This document shows positions 50,805 to 63,935 of a stretch of 64,000 bases of DNA, in pieces. Each line of letters starts with the position of its first letter. Position 1 is the stretch's first letter. The stretch comes from Pristiophorus japonicus (Eukaryota), in the NCBI RefSeq assembly GCF_044704955.1, contig NC_091988.1:52080001-52144000 (forward strand). The letters are read 5' to 3'. The translations under genes and the position numbers were made by a program. Under the pieces are notes generated by a model. That model was given only the letters and a program-made list of their open reading frames with translations, was not told the DNA's origin and did no database searches.

Positions 50805-52507
50805 AAATTATCTCCTCACCTGTGCATTCTATTTCATTCAGTGCTACCTCCCCAAGCTCCCTAACTGCATGTGTGTAGCTGTACTGGTGCTTGCTTCAGT
50901 GAGGAGGAGGCAGCGTGCTGTGTGTTGCTGTTTTGTTCTGGGCCACTGGGAATGCTAGCATGTTGCTAGTCCTGGTCTACAATAACAGGAGGGAACAAAT
51001 GTTAGAACACTTCAAACTGATACTAGTATGGTTGTGTGTGCATGTGAGCAAGCCATAAGAACAGGATTTGTTGGGGCAGCCCCACTGCAAATATTTTCCC
51101 TATTCTCTCCATGCTCTTTATATGGCAGGATATCCTTCAGTTTGGGTTTCTTCCCTTGTATTATGTGCCCTCTTGTTGTGCAAGCAGAGTAGCCATGAGA
51201 TGTATGCAGAATGAGCAAATACACAGTGCCAGACATCCTGCAGGCCATCTTGAATGTCAATAAGTGACGATCAATCATGTAGCTATGTTGATTTGATGTA
51301 TAAAGCCCTTAGAGTGTGGCAAGACTTTCGGCTGTGAGCTGCATCTTGAACGTTTACCATGCTGAGGTATGCATATTCATGAGATGCAGTGAGAATCTTT
51401 CCTCCTCAGCACTACCGGTGCAGAGCTTCAAAGTTCAGGAGCACCTATTAGGATGTCAGGGGTGTACAATCTCCACCCGCTTTGATTGCAATTTTCCATC
51501 CACTAAGCATTAAAGTGAGAATTTACCCTGCAATGAAAGAGTGTGTTAACCCACTGAATCACACAATTTTGCAATGAAGAGGCACAGCTTCTGAATTGTC
51601 AGGAATGAGGTTTACTTACAAAGAGTGCTATGAAACAACAGGGAGTGAAAGGGTTTTATCATCTGCAATAATAGTACTTGGCTAGATGAGAAAGAAATAT
51701 AACTCGTCTGATCCTCGATGGGTGTATTTATTCACTACTATACTATTTAGTCTAGACGTGCCTTGTCCTGTTGTGGGAGCTCCACACAGAACAAGAGTGA
51801 ATGATCAGCTCCAAAATTACAGCTAACTATTATTATGTTGAAAGAAAAACTGCAATCACAGGTACCTTAGAAGATCTAAAATAACCCTCACGGGCATCAA
51901 ATTCCACTTAAAGAATCTTGGTGCCTGTATTTTTTGATGCTATTGTACCAAAGTGGAGAAGGGTTTGTTAGAAATGGGTACTGAGGGATATGGAGAAAAG
52001 ACGAGTAAATGGAGATGAGGGGCAGATCAGATGCTTTAATTGAATGGCGGACAGGCTCGAGGGGCTGAATGGCCTACTCTTGTTCCTATGTCCGTTGTTA
52101 TCTTTATTATGGCAGCTGAGGCCAGATTTGAACATCCACTGCAAAACACACAATAATGAAATTACCAATTTTTATTCAGAGATTTAAAAGGGCACTTTGT
52201 GTTATCTAATACTGTAGCATTCCGATAGCCATGTTGCCCACACTGAACCACAAAGCAAAATAGAAAGAAACTGCCCATAACCATATGCCCCCAGTCTTAC
52301 TTGGCTATGTATTTCCTTAAAGGGATTGCATTAGTGATATAGGTGAAATCTTACTAATTTATCATGTGAACAATCTGAAATAGCCACTTGAACTTTATTA
52401 AATTTAGTGACATGAGAAAATAGTGCTTCTAACATTAACTATGATTCTGGAACAGCAGTCTCACAATCTCATTCGTAACAGGACACGGGTAAAGAAAATA
52501 ACATGAC

Positions 52508-53246
52508 AGGGCCGAAATTCAGGCCTGCCAGAAAGCGGGCTTCCGATCGATTTTCTCCACTTTGACATTTTTTTCGGATCGGACCAAAAGTCGGTCATAA
52601 TGGGGGCGGAAGTGCAGCAGTAAATGCTGGGGAGGGGCGGAAGTTGGGACAAGACCGAGTCTCCGCCGCTAGTGCGCAAGTGTGTCACCACGTCCCTCCC
52701 CTCCGTTAAAGGGGAGAGAAGCAGCATTTCTTGAGGTTCAGCCACTGGGCCACCATGGAGGGTTTCGGCCGGGCCAGCAGCTGGCACCCAAGAGGGGGAT
52801 GCCAGGCTGCCTGTTGGCAGCCGAGCTGAACCCAGGCCATAACTGTCCAGCCGATTGGGAAGTCGGCCGGCAAACAAAAACATGCCGGCTGCGGCAGTGC
52901 ACCGTCCCCTTGAAGCGCCGCCGTGCTGCCATGGCTCAGACACAAGAAACCAGGTGCACCGACAGAAAAAGCTGTCAGGGGCACCACGTGGCGGCTCGTC
53001 AATTTTTTAAGGTACATTTTGCGCGGAGTGGGATATAGGTGCGGGAGAGCGGCGGTGCGTGCTTTGATGATACGCTTGGGGCGGTCGGCAGCAGCGGGGC
53101 GGGAGTGGGGACCACCAGAAAAATCCCCGAGGTGAATTTCGATCGTGGCGGTCAAAGGACTGCAACGTGGCGACCACTCGATTCCCCTGCATGGCTGCCG
53201 CAAAACGGCGGTAATGGGCCTTAACTGGACCCTGAATTTCTTCCCC
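52508..53246. mobile_element. Harbinger-type MITE, CpG-rich
   Basis: TIRs AGGGCCGAAATTCAGG / CCTGAATTTCTTCCCC; GAC TSD. Confidence 0.85.
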
Positions 53247-53419
53247 GACAATGCATGCTTACGACAGGATATACATCACAAGGACCATGATTATCAGTGG
53301 TTAGAGTAAAATTTGTTAGGGAGGGGTAATCACTGTGGCTCTGTCTGCTGCATCTGTACATTTGACTTTCCCAATAGTTGCCACCTTTGCGAACTGTTGA
53401 CACCACGCCCCCCGACACA

Positions 53420-54795
53420 CAGGCTGGAATTTTCTCTACCTCAGCGGGATGGTACGGGCGGTGGCCGTGGCGAATCACGACCCTGTTGCTGGCTCCATCC
53501 CGCTGCACAAAATGACTTTACGTCAATAGGCCCGCCTATTAAGCCCGCCCTGCACGTTACCCAGCCCAATTAAATGGTGCGAGTCTGCTGATGTCATCCA
53601 TGAAGCGTTCTCAGCCGGGATATTTAAAGGGGCCAGGGCCACATTAGGTTTGAAGGTTAATTTCAAATAGTGCAGTCAGTGCACTACAGCATTGGAGTGC
53701 TGCAAACACTTTGGAAATGACTGCACAGAGGCAGAGGGCTGCACCCAGGCTCTCCGATGATTCCCTCCATATGCTTGTGGAGCGAGTCAGAGCATGTGGG
53801 GAGGTCCTCTTCCCTTCCCATGAGCAAAAGAAACCTCCCCAGGAGACCGAAACAACCTGGTTAGAGATTACAGGGGAGGTCACTAGCAGGGATTGGCCAG
53901 GAAGCCCTGGGTGCAGTGCCAGGAAACATTTCAATGATTTCAGTAGATCAGGAAACATGAGTGCAAAGCTACACTCAACTTCATCCTGCTGTGCCTCTCA
54001 TCACATCCTTACCACTCTGCCTTCCCAACCCTACACCTGCACATTTTTACTCACACCAACATACCTTGCATGTCCAGCCATCCCTCTCTCTCTATCTACA
54101 TACTCACATCCCCACCTGACTAACCACCCCTCACATTCATCCTCATCATACCAACTAACAATACAAAAGGATGCCACTTGGCTTTGGCACCCCACTCCAT
54201 CATAGTTTCCCTCTAAAGATCTAACCTATCCATTCCTTACACTCATTCTGTCACTCACACTCAAACTTCTGTTCTTTCCCTCCTTACAGGAAAAGAGAGT
54301 GCACAATAAGAGGGAGAGGGGGAGAACCGGCGCTGCTCTCTATCATTTGCAAACCTCTCACCAGCAGAGGAGGCTGCTTTAGAAATATCTGGAGTCGCCG
54401 AGCAGCTGGAGGTGGGAGACGGAGGGGGACATCTCAGCAACCTGGTGACAGAATTACATATCATACAGTTACATGGCATACAGCAGTCACTCATTTGGGG
54501 ACTGATGTCAGCAACCATTGAATGGTCGTCATGTGCATAATGATATCTGTAGCCATTCTTCATATGACATATCTAACTCATCTCTTTACTCTCCCACAGG
54601 TCCATCAAGAGCACACCCCCACCCCCCCAACCACTCACTGTCCAGTTGGAGAAGGACGACGACTCCTCAGAGGAGCCTCCAGCCTCTGAGGGTGCAGTGT
54701 CACCAGATATAAGTGCACCCAGCACCAGCACAGAGACACAACATGTTGTCACCTGATGTCTCACAACTCCGGATTGAGGCGGTGACACTGCCTGG
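53420..54795 (+). mobile_element. Harbinger left arm carrying a spliced Myb/SANT gene relic
   Basis: TIR-like GGCTGGAATTTT and TATTTAAA box. Exon 1 53717-53956 (APRLSDDSL..W..I..EVTS..RKHFND); exon 2 54290-54444 (EKRVHNKRERGRTG..LSPAEEAALEI); exon 3 from 54600. Confidence 0.82.
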
Positions 54796-54799
54796 CCAC

Positions 54800-55316
54800 T
54801 AACTATGAAATTCAGTTGTTTTCCCCAAAGAGGAGAGCGGAGCGCTGTAAGAGAAGCGTTCCACACTCTTCCTTGGGCGCCAACAGAGCAGTAACACAGG
54901 AAGCCTGCTCAATTTTCTGCCGGCATCCTGGCGCCTGAAGATGAGAAAAAAATTTTGGGTAAAAATTTCAAAGACCAACACCCACACTTCCCCACTGCTG
55001 TCATAAATAAATAGAAGTTAAATAAATTAAATTTCACAACTTACCTTGCTCTCCAGACGATACCGCCCCAGGATCACCGGTGTACCGACTGCTTTCCCTG
55101 TCGGGAACAGCGTCTGTTGGTAAAGCAGACGATCCAATTCAATGTTTCCGCCATGGCACCAAGGGGGCTAGAGTGCGCAGCGCTACCGCTTAGCGCCGCA
55201 CGCATCGCTCCATTGAAGTTTTCGGGAGGCGAGGGCGGTGCGCCGCTGCGTCGGTAGGATGCTTAGCGGCCCTCTCCGGCACTAACGGGAGGCACAAACC
55301 ACCGAACTTTGGCCCC
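54800..55316. mobile_element. Harbinger-type MITE (left end degenerate)
   Basis: Right end AAACCACCGAACTTTGGCCCC; partial left match GAAATTCAGTTGTTT; CpG-rich interior. Confidence 0.55.
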
Positions 55317-55794
55317 TTTATATTTTATATACATTAGGTGATAGGTTTCCCCAGTGGATTAGTGCGAAATGCACTGGCTGGTGTAGTACGGAAAGACACA
55401 GATCAAATCCCTTGTTTTGGCCTCAGATGGACTAGCGATAGGGATCCTATAATTGGCCTCAGCTTCCTCTGGTCTAGGGAAGAGAAAATCATCCATGGTT
55501 CCTGTTCATGGTCACTTTCCAGTCACCACTGTTAAAAACATAAACAGGCAGATGTTTGGTGATGACAGAATAGAACTTGAGCTGCAATGCTTTCACCAGA
55601 CAAGCAGGTGTTACTCACTCTCTAAGTTCACAAATGAAGGCTGTTAGAGTGAAGTAACCGAAATGTACCCCAGCAAAAGTCCGTGCCTTCAGGGAAAGAG
55701 AAACTGGGAGAAATCTTGGCAAAAAGGAATTAGATGATAACTTTGGCTACATTAGATTCTTTACTAGCTGAGCAATATCTTCAGGTCAATAGCT

Positions 55795-56150
55795 CGATGT
55801 TTCCACTCATATTCACACTCATAGGGAAAACTAAAACTAGGGGACATCGTCTTAGAATAAGGGGCCACCCATTTAAAACTGAGATGAGGAGACATTTCTT
55901 CCCTCAGAGGGTTGTAAATCTATGGAATTCTCTGCCCCAGAGAGCTGTGGAGGCTGGGTCATTGAATATATTTAAGGCGGAGATAGACAGATTTCTGAGC
56001 GATAAGAGAGCAAATGGTTATGGGGAGCGGGCGGGGAAGTGGAGCTGAGTCCATGATCAGATCAGCTATTATCTTATTGAATGGCAGAGCAGGCTCGAGG
56101 GGCCAAATGGCCTACTTCTGCTCCTATTTCTTATGTTATTATGTTCTTAT
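55795..56150 (+). mobile_element. CR1 3' fragment
   Basis: KTRGHRLRI..RVVNLWNSLP coding; TTATGTTCTTAT tail. Confidence 0.9.
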
Positions 56151-57654
56151 GGTGCTCGCAAAGGAGACTATTATGCAGCACATTTGATTATCTAGAAGCA
56201 GATTTCAACCTTGACGCTAATTAATTTAAATGCATAACGAGTGTGAATCAAGGAGAACACTGTGTGCATTTCACTGGTGACTAGTTTGAAATTTACTCCC
56301 ATTAAAAAAAGACAATAGAAATGTCTTTGAAAAATAAACCATCCTGTCCAGCAATGTGTACTACCACACAGTTGCAGACTGTGGCTCAGGTAGTCAGCTG
56401 TGAAAGAATTGGCAGAGCGTACAGTACATGACAGTCAATTGAGGAGAATCCAGTTAAATAGTTAGCTGACTACATATAATAAATAATTGAGGAGTGGAAT
56501 TCATAAGGGGCTTTGGCAAAAAAAGGCATAATAGCAGGAAAGCAGCAAGGAGCTTGTATTCGGACTTTCAGGTATAAAGGCATTTCAATCAGTTAGAGGT
56601 CATTGACCATGCTGGGTTAATACCAACCTCTTAACGTTGAATATTCTGATCAACTGCTTATTAACTTATTTATGGCAATAGCTGAATCTATCCAGTGGGA
56701 AGTTAATTATACAATCATAGAATCATACAGCACAGAAGGAGGTCAATCGGCCTGTGCTGGCTCTTAGAAAGAGCTATCCAATTCGTCCCACTCCCCTACT
56801 CTTTCTCCATAGCTCTGCAACTTTGAAGTTATTATTTGAAGTTGAAATGATTTATTATTTTTATATTTGTTCTTTGAGACAGAACGCCGTGACATTTACC
56901 CTTTCAGTTCTGAATGAAAATAGAAGCTGGAAAACAGTATTTTTCTCACCTTTGACCACATCTCAAATCAGGCAGACTGCCAGGTTTTATTCCTTCCCCT
57001 ATTCACTTCTCGATCAGCCAGGGTGATAGGCCTGTCCGTCTCCTGAAGCATGTTTCAGTCAACCAGACTCTTTAGTGCATCCTTAGCCTGAAGTAGTTTT
57101 CATTATTGCACTGTGAGGGTTGTTATTGTGAGACACAGGTATGGTATATGGTAATGATGTAAACATTCATTGGATTATTACTGATGCACTATTTCTGTTT
57201 CAGAATTGAAAATTATAATGTAGGCCACACAATTCTTTAACTGCATTGAAGCTACATTGGATATGATATGGCTTCCTGTAAGTGATAGGCATCTCTTGAT
57301 TAAATACTGTAAGATTATCTGAAGACAATGTGCATTGGCCAATTCTGGAATCTTAATTAAAGCTGCAAATGTCCTTGAAATGAACATATATTGCCCAGCT
57401 TCTAGAACCTGAGCTAAACGCTTTAGCTGTTCTTGGAGTGGACATGCAATGGCCAATTTCTAACAGTTTAACCGATGTCAGATACTAGAAAATATATCTC
57501 CCTTAAAGGCACCAGGCACATGTTGGTGAGAAGGGTTTAGAAGTCAATTCAAAAATTAAGTCTCAAGTCCACCACTGAAAGTTGCTCTGTTGGATAAATA
57601 ATTCCTGGCCAGCTGCTGCATACAATACACGATAGTCGTATTAATTATTTCCCG

Positions 57655-57900
57655 ACATGAGAGAAAACTTTTTTATGCAACGAGTGGTTAGGATTTGCAA
57701 TGCACTGCCTGATCGGGTGGTGGATAGATTCAATAGTAGTCCTCAAAGGGGAATTGGATGAATACATGAAAGAGAAAACACTTCAGAGATATGGAGAAAG
57801 AGTGGAGGAATGGGACTAACTGGATTGCTCTTTGAAGGAGCCAGTGCAGACTTGATGGGTCAAATGACCTCCTTCTGGGCTGTACTATTCTATGATTTTA
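57655..57900 (+). mobile_element. CR1 3' fragment
   Basis: FFMQRVVRICNALP coding; TTCTATGA tail. Confidence 0.8.
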
Positions 57901-58865
57901 TGAATGAGGAATAGCACCTGTCAGTGTGAGGATTCAATAATAACCTTTCATTCACCTTAATAAGCGGTAGGAACAGATTGAACAGAAAGCGACTGGAAAC
58001 TAGTACTGCTTTGACAAGACATAAAGTTGAGAATAGTAAAAATATTGGCAGCTGATGCAGCTACAGTTTCTTTCCTCCAGCTTTTTGTCCATTTTAATGG
58101 CTGTCTTTGTTGGTGGTAGTGACAGGAAAATATTGGGCCAATGGTAAATTCCCAGTATTCGTCAAGTTCAATGGGGAAAGATTCTGAGTAGATACAAGGT
58201 GCTTTCCTGTAGAAAAGAAGAGGATTGTCCCACTCTATCATACCTGCAGCACAAAATTGCCAGAGGTCTGACAGCAGACCAACTACTTTGGTTAGGAAAT
58301 GGTGCAAAGGATGATAAGACAAGCCTAAGGAGGAGGGAATAATTAACTTGAAAAAGAGAGCATTTCTACATTCCATTCAGATGAACTACAACTGTCAGCA
58401 TGGCCCATAGAATGATCAATATACACAATAACCAATTCCACCTCAGATTAAAATGGCATTATAACCAACACTACAACAACCAATTTATAAATAAGTTAAA
58501 CAAGACTGATATCTGTACACAAGAACCGCTCCATAAATACAGTCATCTATTGCAGACATGTTCAAACCAATCCATTAGACAATAATTATCTCTCTCGCAT
58601 GCCAATATTTGCTTACTGATATGCATGTTATCTTTCTGTATCTCAATTTTCTACGTGTCACTGTACAAGAAACTTCTTAAAAATATGTTATTATTACTGA
58701 ATCTTTCCTTTGAAAAAGGAATTGGAAGTAATGCTGGATTAAAAACGTCTTCATTTTTGCATCTGCTAACCATGATGCAAGGCAGTTGGAAGCAGAAAGC
58801 TGACTGATTACTATTCATTACCCAAAATAGAACAGAGTGGCATACCAGACTGACAGACTGTTATT

Positions 58866-60400
58866 CCATCTTCATCATAGGCAGTCCCTTGAAATCGAGG
58901 AAGACTTGTTTCCACTCTTAGCATGAGTTCATAAATGGCTGTCCAGTCCAATACAAGAACCACAGTCTCTATCACAGGTGGGACAGACAGTGGTTGAAGG
59001 AAAGGGTGGGCGGGGAGCCTGGTTTGCCGCACGCTCCTTCTGCTGCCTGCACTTGATTTCTGCATGCTCTCAGCGATGATACTCGAGGAGCTCAGCGCCC
59101 TCCCGGATGCACTTCCTCCACTTAGGGCGGTCTTTGGCCAGGGACTTCCAGGTGTCAGTGGGGATGTCGCACTTTATCAGGGAGGCTTTGAGGGTATCCT
59201 TATAATGTTTCCTCTGCCCACCTTTGGCTCGTTTGCCATGGATGAGTTCCGAGTAGAGCGCTTGCTTAGGGAGTCTCGTGTCTGGCATGCGAACTATATG
59301 GCCTGCCCAGCGGAGCTGATCAAGTGTGGTCAGTGCTTCAATGCTGGGGATGTTGGCGTGGACGAGAACGCTAATGTTGGTGCGTCTGTCCTCCCAGAGG
59401 ATTTGTACGATCTTGCAGAGATATTGTTGGTGGTATTTCTCCAGCGACTTGAAGTGTTTACTGTAGATGGTCCATGTCTTTGAGTCATACAGGAGGGAGG
59501 GTATTACTATAACCCTGTAGACCATGAGCTTGGTGACAGTTTTGAGGGACTGGTCTTCAAACATTCTTTTCCTCAGGCAGCCAAAGGCTGCACTGGCGCA
59601 CTGGAGGCAGTGTTGGACCTCGTCGTCAATGCCTGATCTTGTTGATAGGAGGCTCCCGAGATAAAGGAAGTGGTCCACATTGTCCAGGGCCAGGATGTGG
59701 ATCTTGATGTCTAGGGGGCTGTGCTGTGCGGCGAGGACAGGCTGGTGGAGGACCTTTGTCTTACTGATGTTTAACGTAAGGTCCATGCTTTCATACGCCT
59801 CGGTAAATACGTCGACTATGTCCTGGAGTTCAGCCTCTGTGTGTGCACAGATGCAGGCGTCGTCCGCGTACTGTAGCTCGATGACAGATGTTGGAGTGGT
59901 CTTGGACCTGGCCTGGAGACGGCGAAGGTTGAACAGCTTCCCACTGGTTCTGTAGTTTAGTTCCACTCCAACGTGGAGCTTGTCAACTGTGAGGTGGAGC
60001 ATGGCAGTGAGGAAGATTGAGAAGAGGGTTGGGGCGATGACGCAGCCCTGCTTGACCCCGGTCCGGACGTGGATTGGGTCTGTGATGGATCCGCTGGTAT
60101 GGATCATGGCCTGCATGTCGTCGTGGAGCAGGCGGAGGATGGTGACGTACTTTTGGGAGCATCCGAATCGGAGGAGGACGCTCCAAAAGCCCTTCGGTTG
60201 ACAGTGTCAAAGGCCTTTGTAAGGTTGAAGAAGGCCATGTATAAGGGCTAGCGCTGTTCCCTGCATTTTTACTGCAGCTGTCGCGTAGTAAAAATCATGT
60301 CTGTTGTGCTCTGGAGGGGACGAAATCCGCACTGTGACTCCGGGAGGAGCTCCTTGGCCACGGGGAGAAGACGGTTGAGAAGGACTCTAGCGACGGCTTT
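58866..60400 (-). mobile_element. RTE-clade LINE, 5'-truncated
   Basis: ORF 59070-60116 (GVKQGCVIAPTLF, LQYADD, YLGS, QLRWAGH..RMPDTRLPK) and upstream LPESQCGFRP; short (GAT)n-type 3' tail. Confidence 0.95.
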
Positions 60401-60544
60401 GCTGTCAAACTCAAACCTAGAACATACATGAAATGACAGCATTTGCAATTTGCAAAGTGAGTTTGAAACGTCTAGAAACAACGTACAAGTTCTTAGGTTA
60501 TAGATTGGTGTAATATGGATCCCTTATTTGCATCAACATAATAA

Positions 60545-60820
60545 CATAACAACATAAGAAATAAGAGCAGGAGTAGGCCATTTGGCTCTTTGAGCCTGCT
60601 CCGCCATTCAACAAGATCATGGCTGATCTTCTACTTTAACTCCACCTTCCCACGCGATCCCCATAATCACTTAATTCCCTTCGTTCCCAAAAATTTATTG
60701 ACCTCTGTCTTGAATATATTCAATGATTGAGCATCCACAGCTCTCTGGGGTAGGGAATTCCAAAGATTCACAACCCTTTGCGTGAAGAAATTTCTCCTCA
60801 TCTCAGTCCTAAATGGCCAC
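60545..60820 (-). mobile_element. CR1 3' fragment
   Basis: AACATAAGAAATAAGAGCAGGAGTAGGCC tail and UTR. Confidence 0.88.
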
Positions 60821-61194
60821 TATATATGAAGCACTGGGTATCATGTGAGGTGATAACTATCAGGCAGCAGTCCTGTCCAACATCACTCCATTCTTTTCTG
60901 TTACAAATTCAAATCTACCATAGATATCTTCTTGGGTTCAGTGGTGTCAGTCATTCCCACAAGCGATCTGAACTTCTTACTTTTAAGAGAGTTAACTCTG
61001 GTTAATATGTTACTAGAGTACATCTAGTTACTTGTATAATAGCATAACTCGGGGATATAACAATTGTATCCCCTTGAGACCCGAACCTGATATTTATGCC
61101 TTTTGTACGTGTGTCTCTTCAATTTTTTTTAAGGTAACTGGGCAGACACTTGGTGAGATGGGGCCAGATATGAATTGTTAATCTGCTTTATTTC

Positions 61195-61575
61195 AACAAC
61201 AACAACATGTATTTATATGGCGCTTTTAATGAAGTGAAACGTCCCAAGACACATAAGGAGAAATTAGGGCAGGTGACCAAAAGCTTGGTCAAAGAGGTAG
61301 GTTTTAAGGAGCAGCTTGAAAGAGGACAGATAGGTAGAGAGGCAGAGAGGTTTAGGCAGGTAATTCCAGAGCTTGGGGCCTAGGCAACAGAAGGCATGGC
61401 CACCAATGGTTGAGCGATTATAATCAGGGATGGTCGAGTGGGCAGAATTAGAGGAGCGCAGACATCTCGGGGGGGTTGTGGGGCTGGTGAAGCTTACAGA
61501 GGTAGGGAGAGGTGAGGCCATGGAGGGATTTGAAAACAAGGATGAGAATTTTGTAATGAAGGCATTGCTCAACTG
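61195..61575 (-). mobile_element. L2 3' fragment
   Basis: ORF 61264-61572 (GGHAFCCLGPKLWNYLP..FK..LKTYLF); (CAA)n tail. Confidence 0.85.
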
Positions 61576-61759
61576 GGAGCTACTTCACAGTTAATTAAAC
61601 ATACAGTACAATTACCATGACTGGATTCACCTAATTCAGACTGTACAGCTTATCTTTTCACAATAATACAAAATAAAGAACACACCACACTAGCCCATAT
61701 AAATGATTTCTTATTTGACTTAAACACAATAGCTTCTAATTATCCTTCAGTACCCGTTC

Positions 61760-62038
61760 TGTTGTGTATGCATGCCTGTTTACTGTGTGATGTCTGTAAC
61801 ACTGTTATGCAACACTGAATGTACCCTTACACTGTACACACCTTGCCTGTACACCAGAGGGTGCTGCTGCTGGAGACCTAAGGGTTACTTGCACACTGCA
61901 GGTAACCCAATATAAAAAGGAACACACAGCTTGTTGTCCTCATTCAGGAGCTGCAAATAAAGGACTATAGGTCTACACAGTTTAAGTATCATACCCTGCC
62001 TCGTGGAGTCATTACTAAAGGTGCCTACATACGCTACA
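61760..62038 (+). mobile_element. Solo LTR of a second Gypsy-like family
   Basis: TGTTGTGTATG..CATACGCTACA termini; TSD CGTTC/CATTC; TATAAAA at 61911; AATAAA at ~61956. Confidence 0.85.
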
Positions 62039-63259
62039 CATTCCCAATTCAAATTCCTTTATCAAATCTGACTGCCCTCAGTGTATCTTGTTTCAAACAG
62101 CCTTCTGTTCTGTGCCCCTGCTTCTCTCTCTCTTACTTTATCTCCCTCAGTTCATAGCCAGATAAGGATTGAAGGATTTTTCAAGACAATGGATGTGAAT
62201 TGTTTTTGATTGCCTGGACAAGCCAATTAATTGCTTATTGTTTTGTCTCTGGGGAAAACAACTTCAACTTAACATAATGGGCATTGCATTGAAACTTACT
62301 GTAATTGCCAAAATGATATGGCGCTCTCTACAGGGCATTTTGGACCTCAGTGAACAGGCCAAGCAACTATGTGTCTACTTCACCAATCAGATTGAAGAAT
62401 TGTTAATAAGCAGCACAGAGTCGGAACCAGGAACTGTCAGTTAGAATATTTAATTCAATGTCAAATCAAGTACAGGAAGAGAGATAAAGAGAGAGAAAGA
62501 AAGATGAGATTAAGAGACAAAAAGAAAAAGTAAAATAAAATTACATCAATCTTTAAAAAAAAATTCAAACAATAATTAAAACCTGAAGAAGTGAGACTCC
62601 ACACTTGTAAAAGTTAATTTTCAACGCTAAACAGGTTGTTTGACAGTAATTAAGACTTATCACACTGTTAAAAAAGTACTTACACAGGAATGGACATGCC
62701 CTAGCTTTTTTAGACGAGTTTAGTTCATATCTCTGGGATAAGTACAGCAACTTCATGCTATTGAACAGTGTGTCTGATGGCGAAATACAATTATAGCGCA
62801 GCTTTTCGAGGAGCAGAGCATCTTGGGCAGCAACTTCCGGATTCCCCTGTTTAACTGCATGTGCAGTCATCAGAAGTTGCTGTCTGATTGCCACATAAAT
62901 ATCAGTGAGCGCTATTAGCTTCACCATTACTTCCATCACAAAGTCCAGCCCATTAATCATTTTTCAGCTCGGTGCATTTTTCTTAAATCAGTCAGAATAC
63001 ACTTTGCTTTACCAATCCAACAGTAATAACTATCTCTTTTGTGAATCTTCTCTGTGGAAAAATGGTCAAAAATTGTGAAACATGACACCGTCCTAGGATG
63101 ACAGCGAAGGAATAATTTGTTCTCAAAATACAGCAGTTTTCAATCTGACACATCACCAGTCTTCCTTATGTGTGGTGCCATTAACACCATAGACCCTACC
63201 CCAGCAGACAGCTACCCAACATCCCTAGTGCTACCTTGTTTACCTGTGTAAAAGTTATG

Positions 63260-63935
63260 GCACAGGTTAGCAAGGCCATAAAAAAAGCAAACCAAACACT
63301 AGGGTTTATTTCTAGAGGTATAGAATTGAAAAGTAGGGAAGTTATGCTAAAACCTGTATCAAACCTTGGTTAGACCACACTTAAGAGTACTGCGTACAGT
63401 TCTGGTCACCATATTATAAAAAGGATATAGAGGCACTGGAGAGGGTGCAGTGAAGATTTATAAGGATGATACCAGAAATGCGAGGGTATACCTATCAGGA
63501 AAGGATGAACAGACTGGGTCTCTTTTCTCTTGAAAAAAGGCTGAGTCGTGACCTAATAGAGGTCTTTAAAATGATGGACTGTTTTGATAGAGTGGATACA
63601 GAGTGACTGTTTCCACTTGTGGGAAGAGCATAACTCGAGGCCATCAATATAAGATAGTCACCAAGAAATCCAATCGGGAATTCAGAAGAAAATTGTGTAC
63701 CCAAAGAGTGGTGAGAATGTGGAACTCGCTACGACAACAAGTGGTTGAAGCAAATAGTATAGATATATTTAAGGGGAGGCTGGGAGCATATGAGGGAGAA
63801 GGGAATAGAAGGTTATGCAGATAGAGTTAGATAAGGAAAGATGGGAGGAGGCTCGAGTGGAGCATAAACACCAGCATGTACTAGTTGGGCCAAATGGCCT
63901 GTTTCTGTGCCATATTTCTGATTAATCCTATGTAA
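63260..63935 (+). mobile_element. CR1 3' fragment
   Basis: LVRPHL..VQFWSP and TRGHQYKI..RVVRMWNSL coding. Confidence 0.9.

Noticed and set aside
51280-51505. Possible further Harbinger transposase relic on the minus strand (AEEERF, FKMQ-like words)
   Set aside because: Too degenerate to support by eye; needs a profile search.
57178-58376. Minus-strand ORFs of 92 and 139 aa as host exons
   Set aside because: No recognisable protein motif or convincing splice sites.
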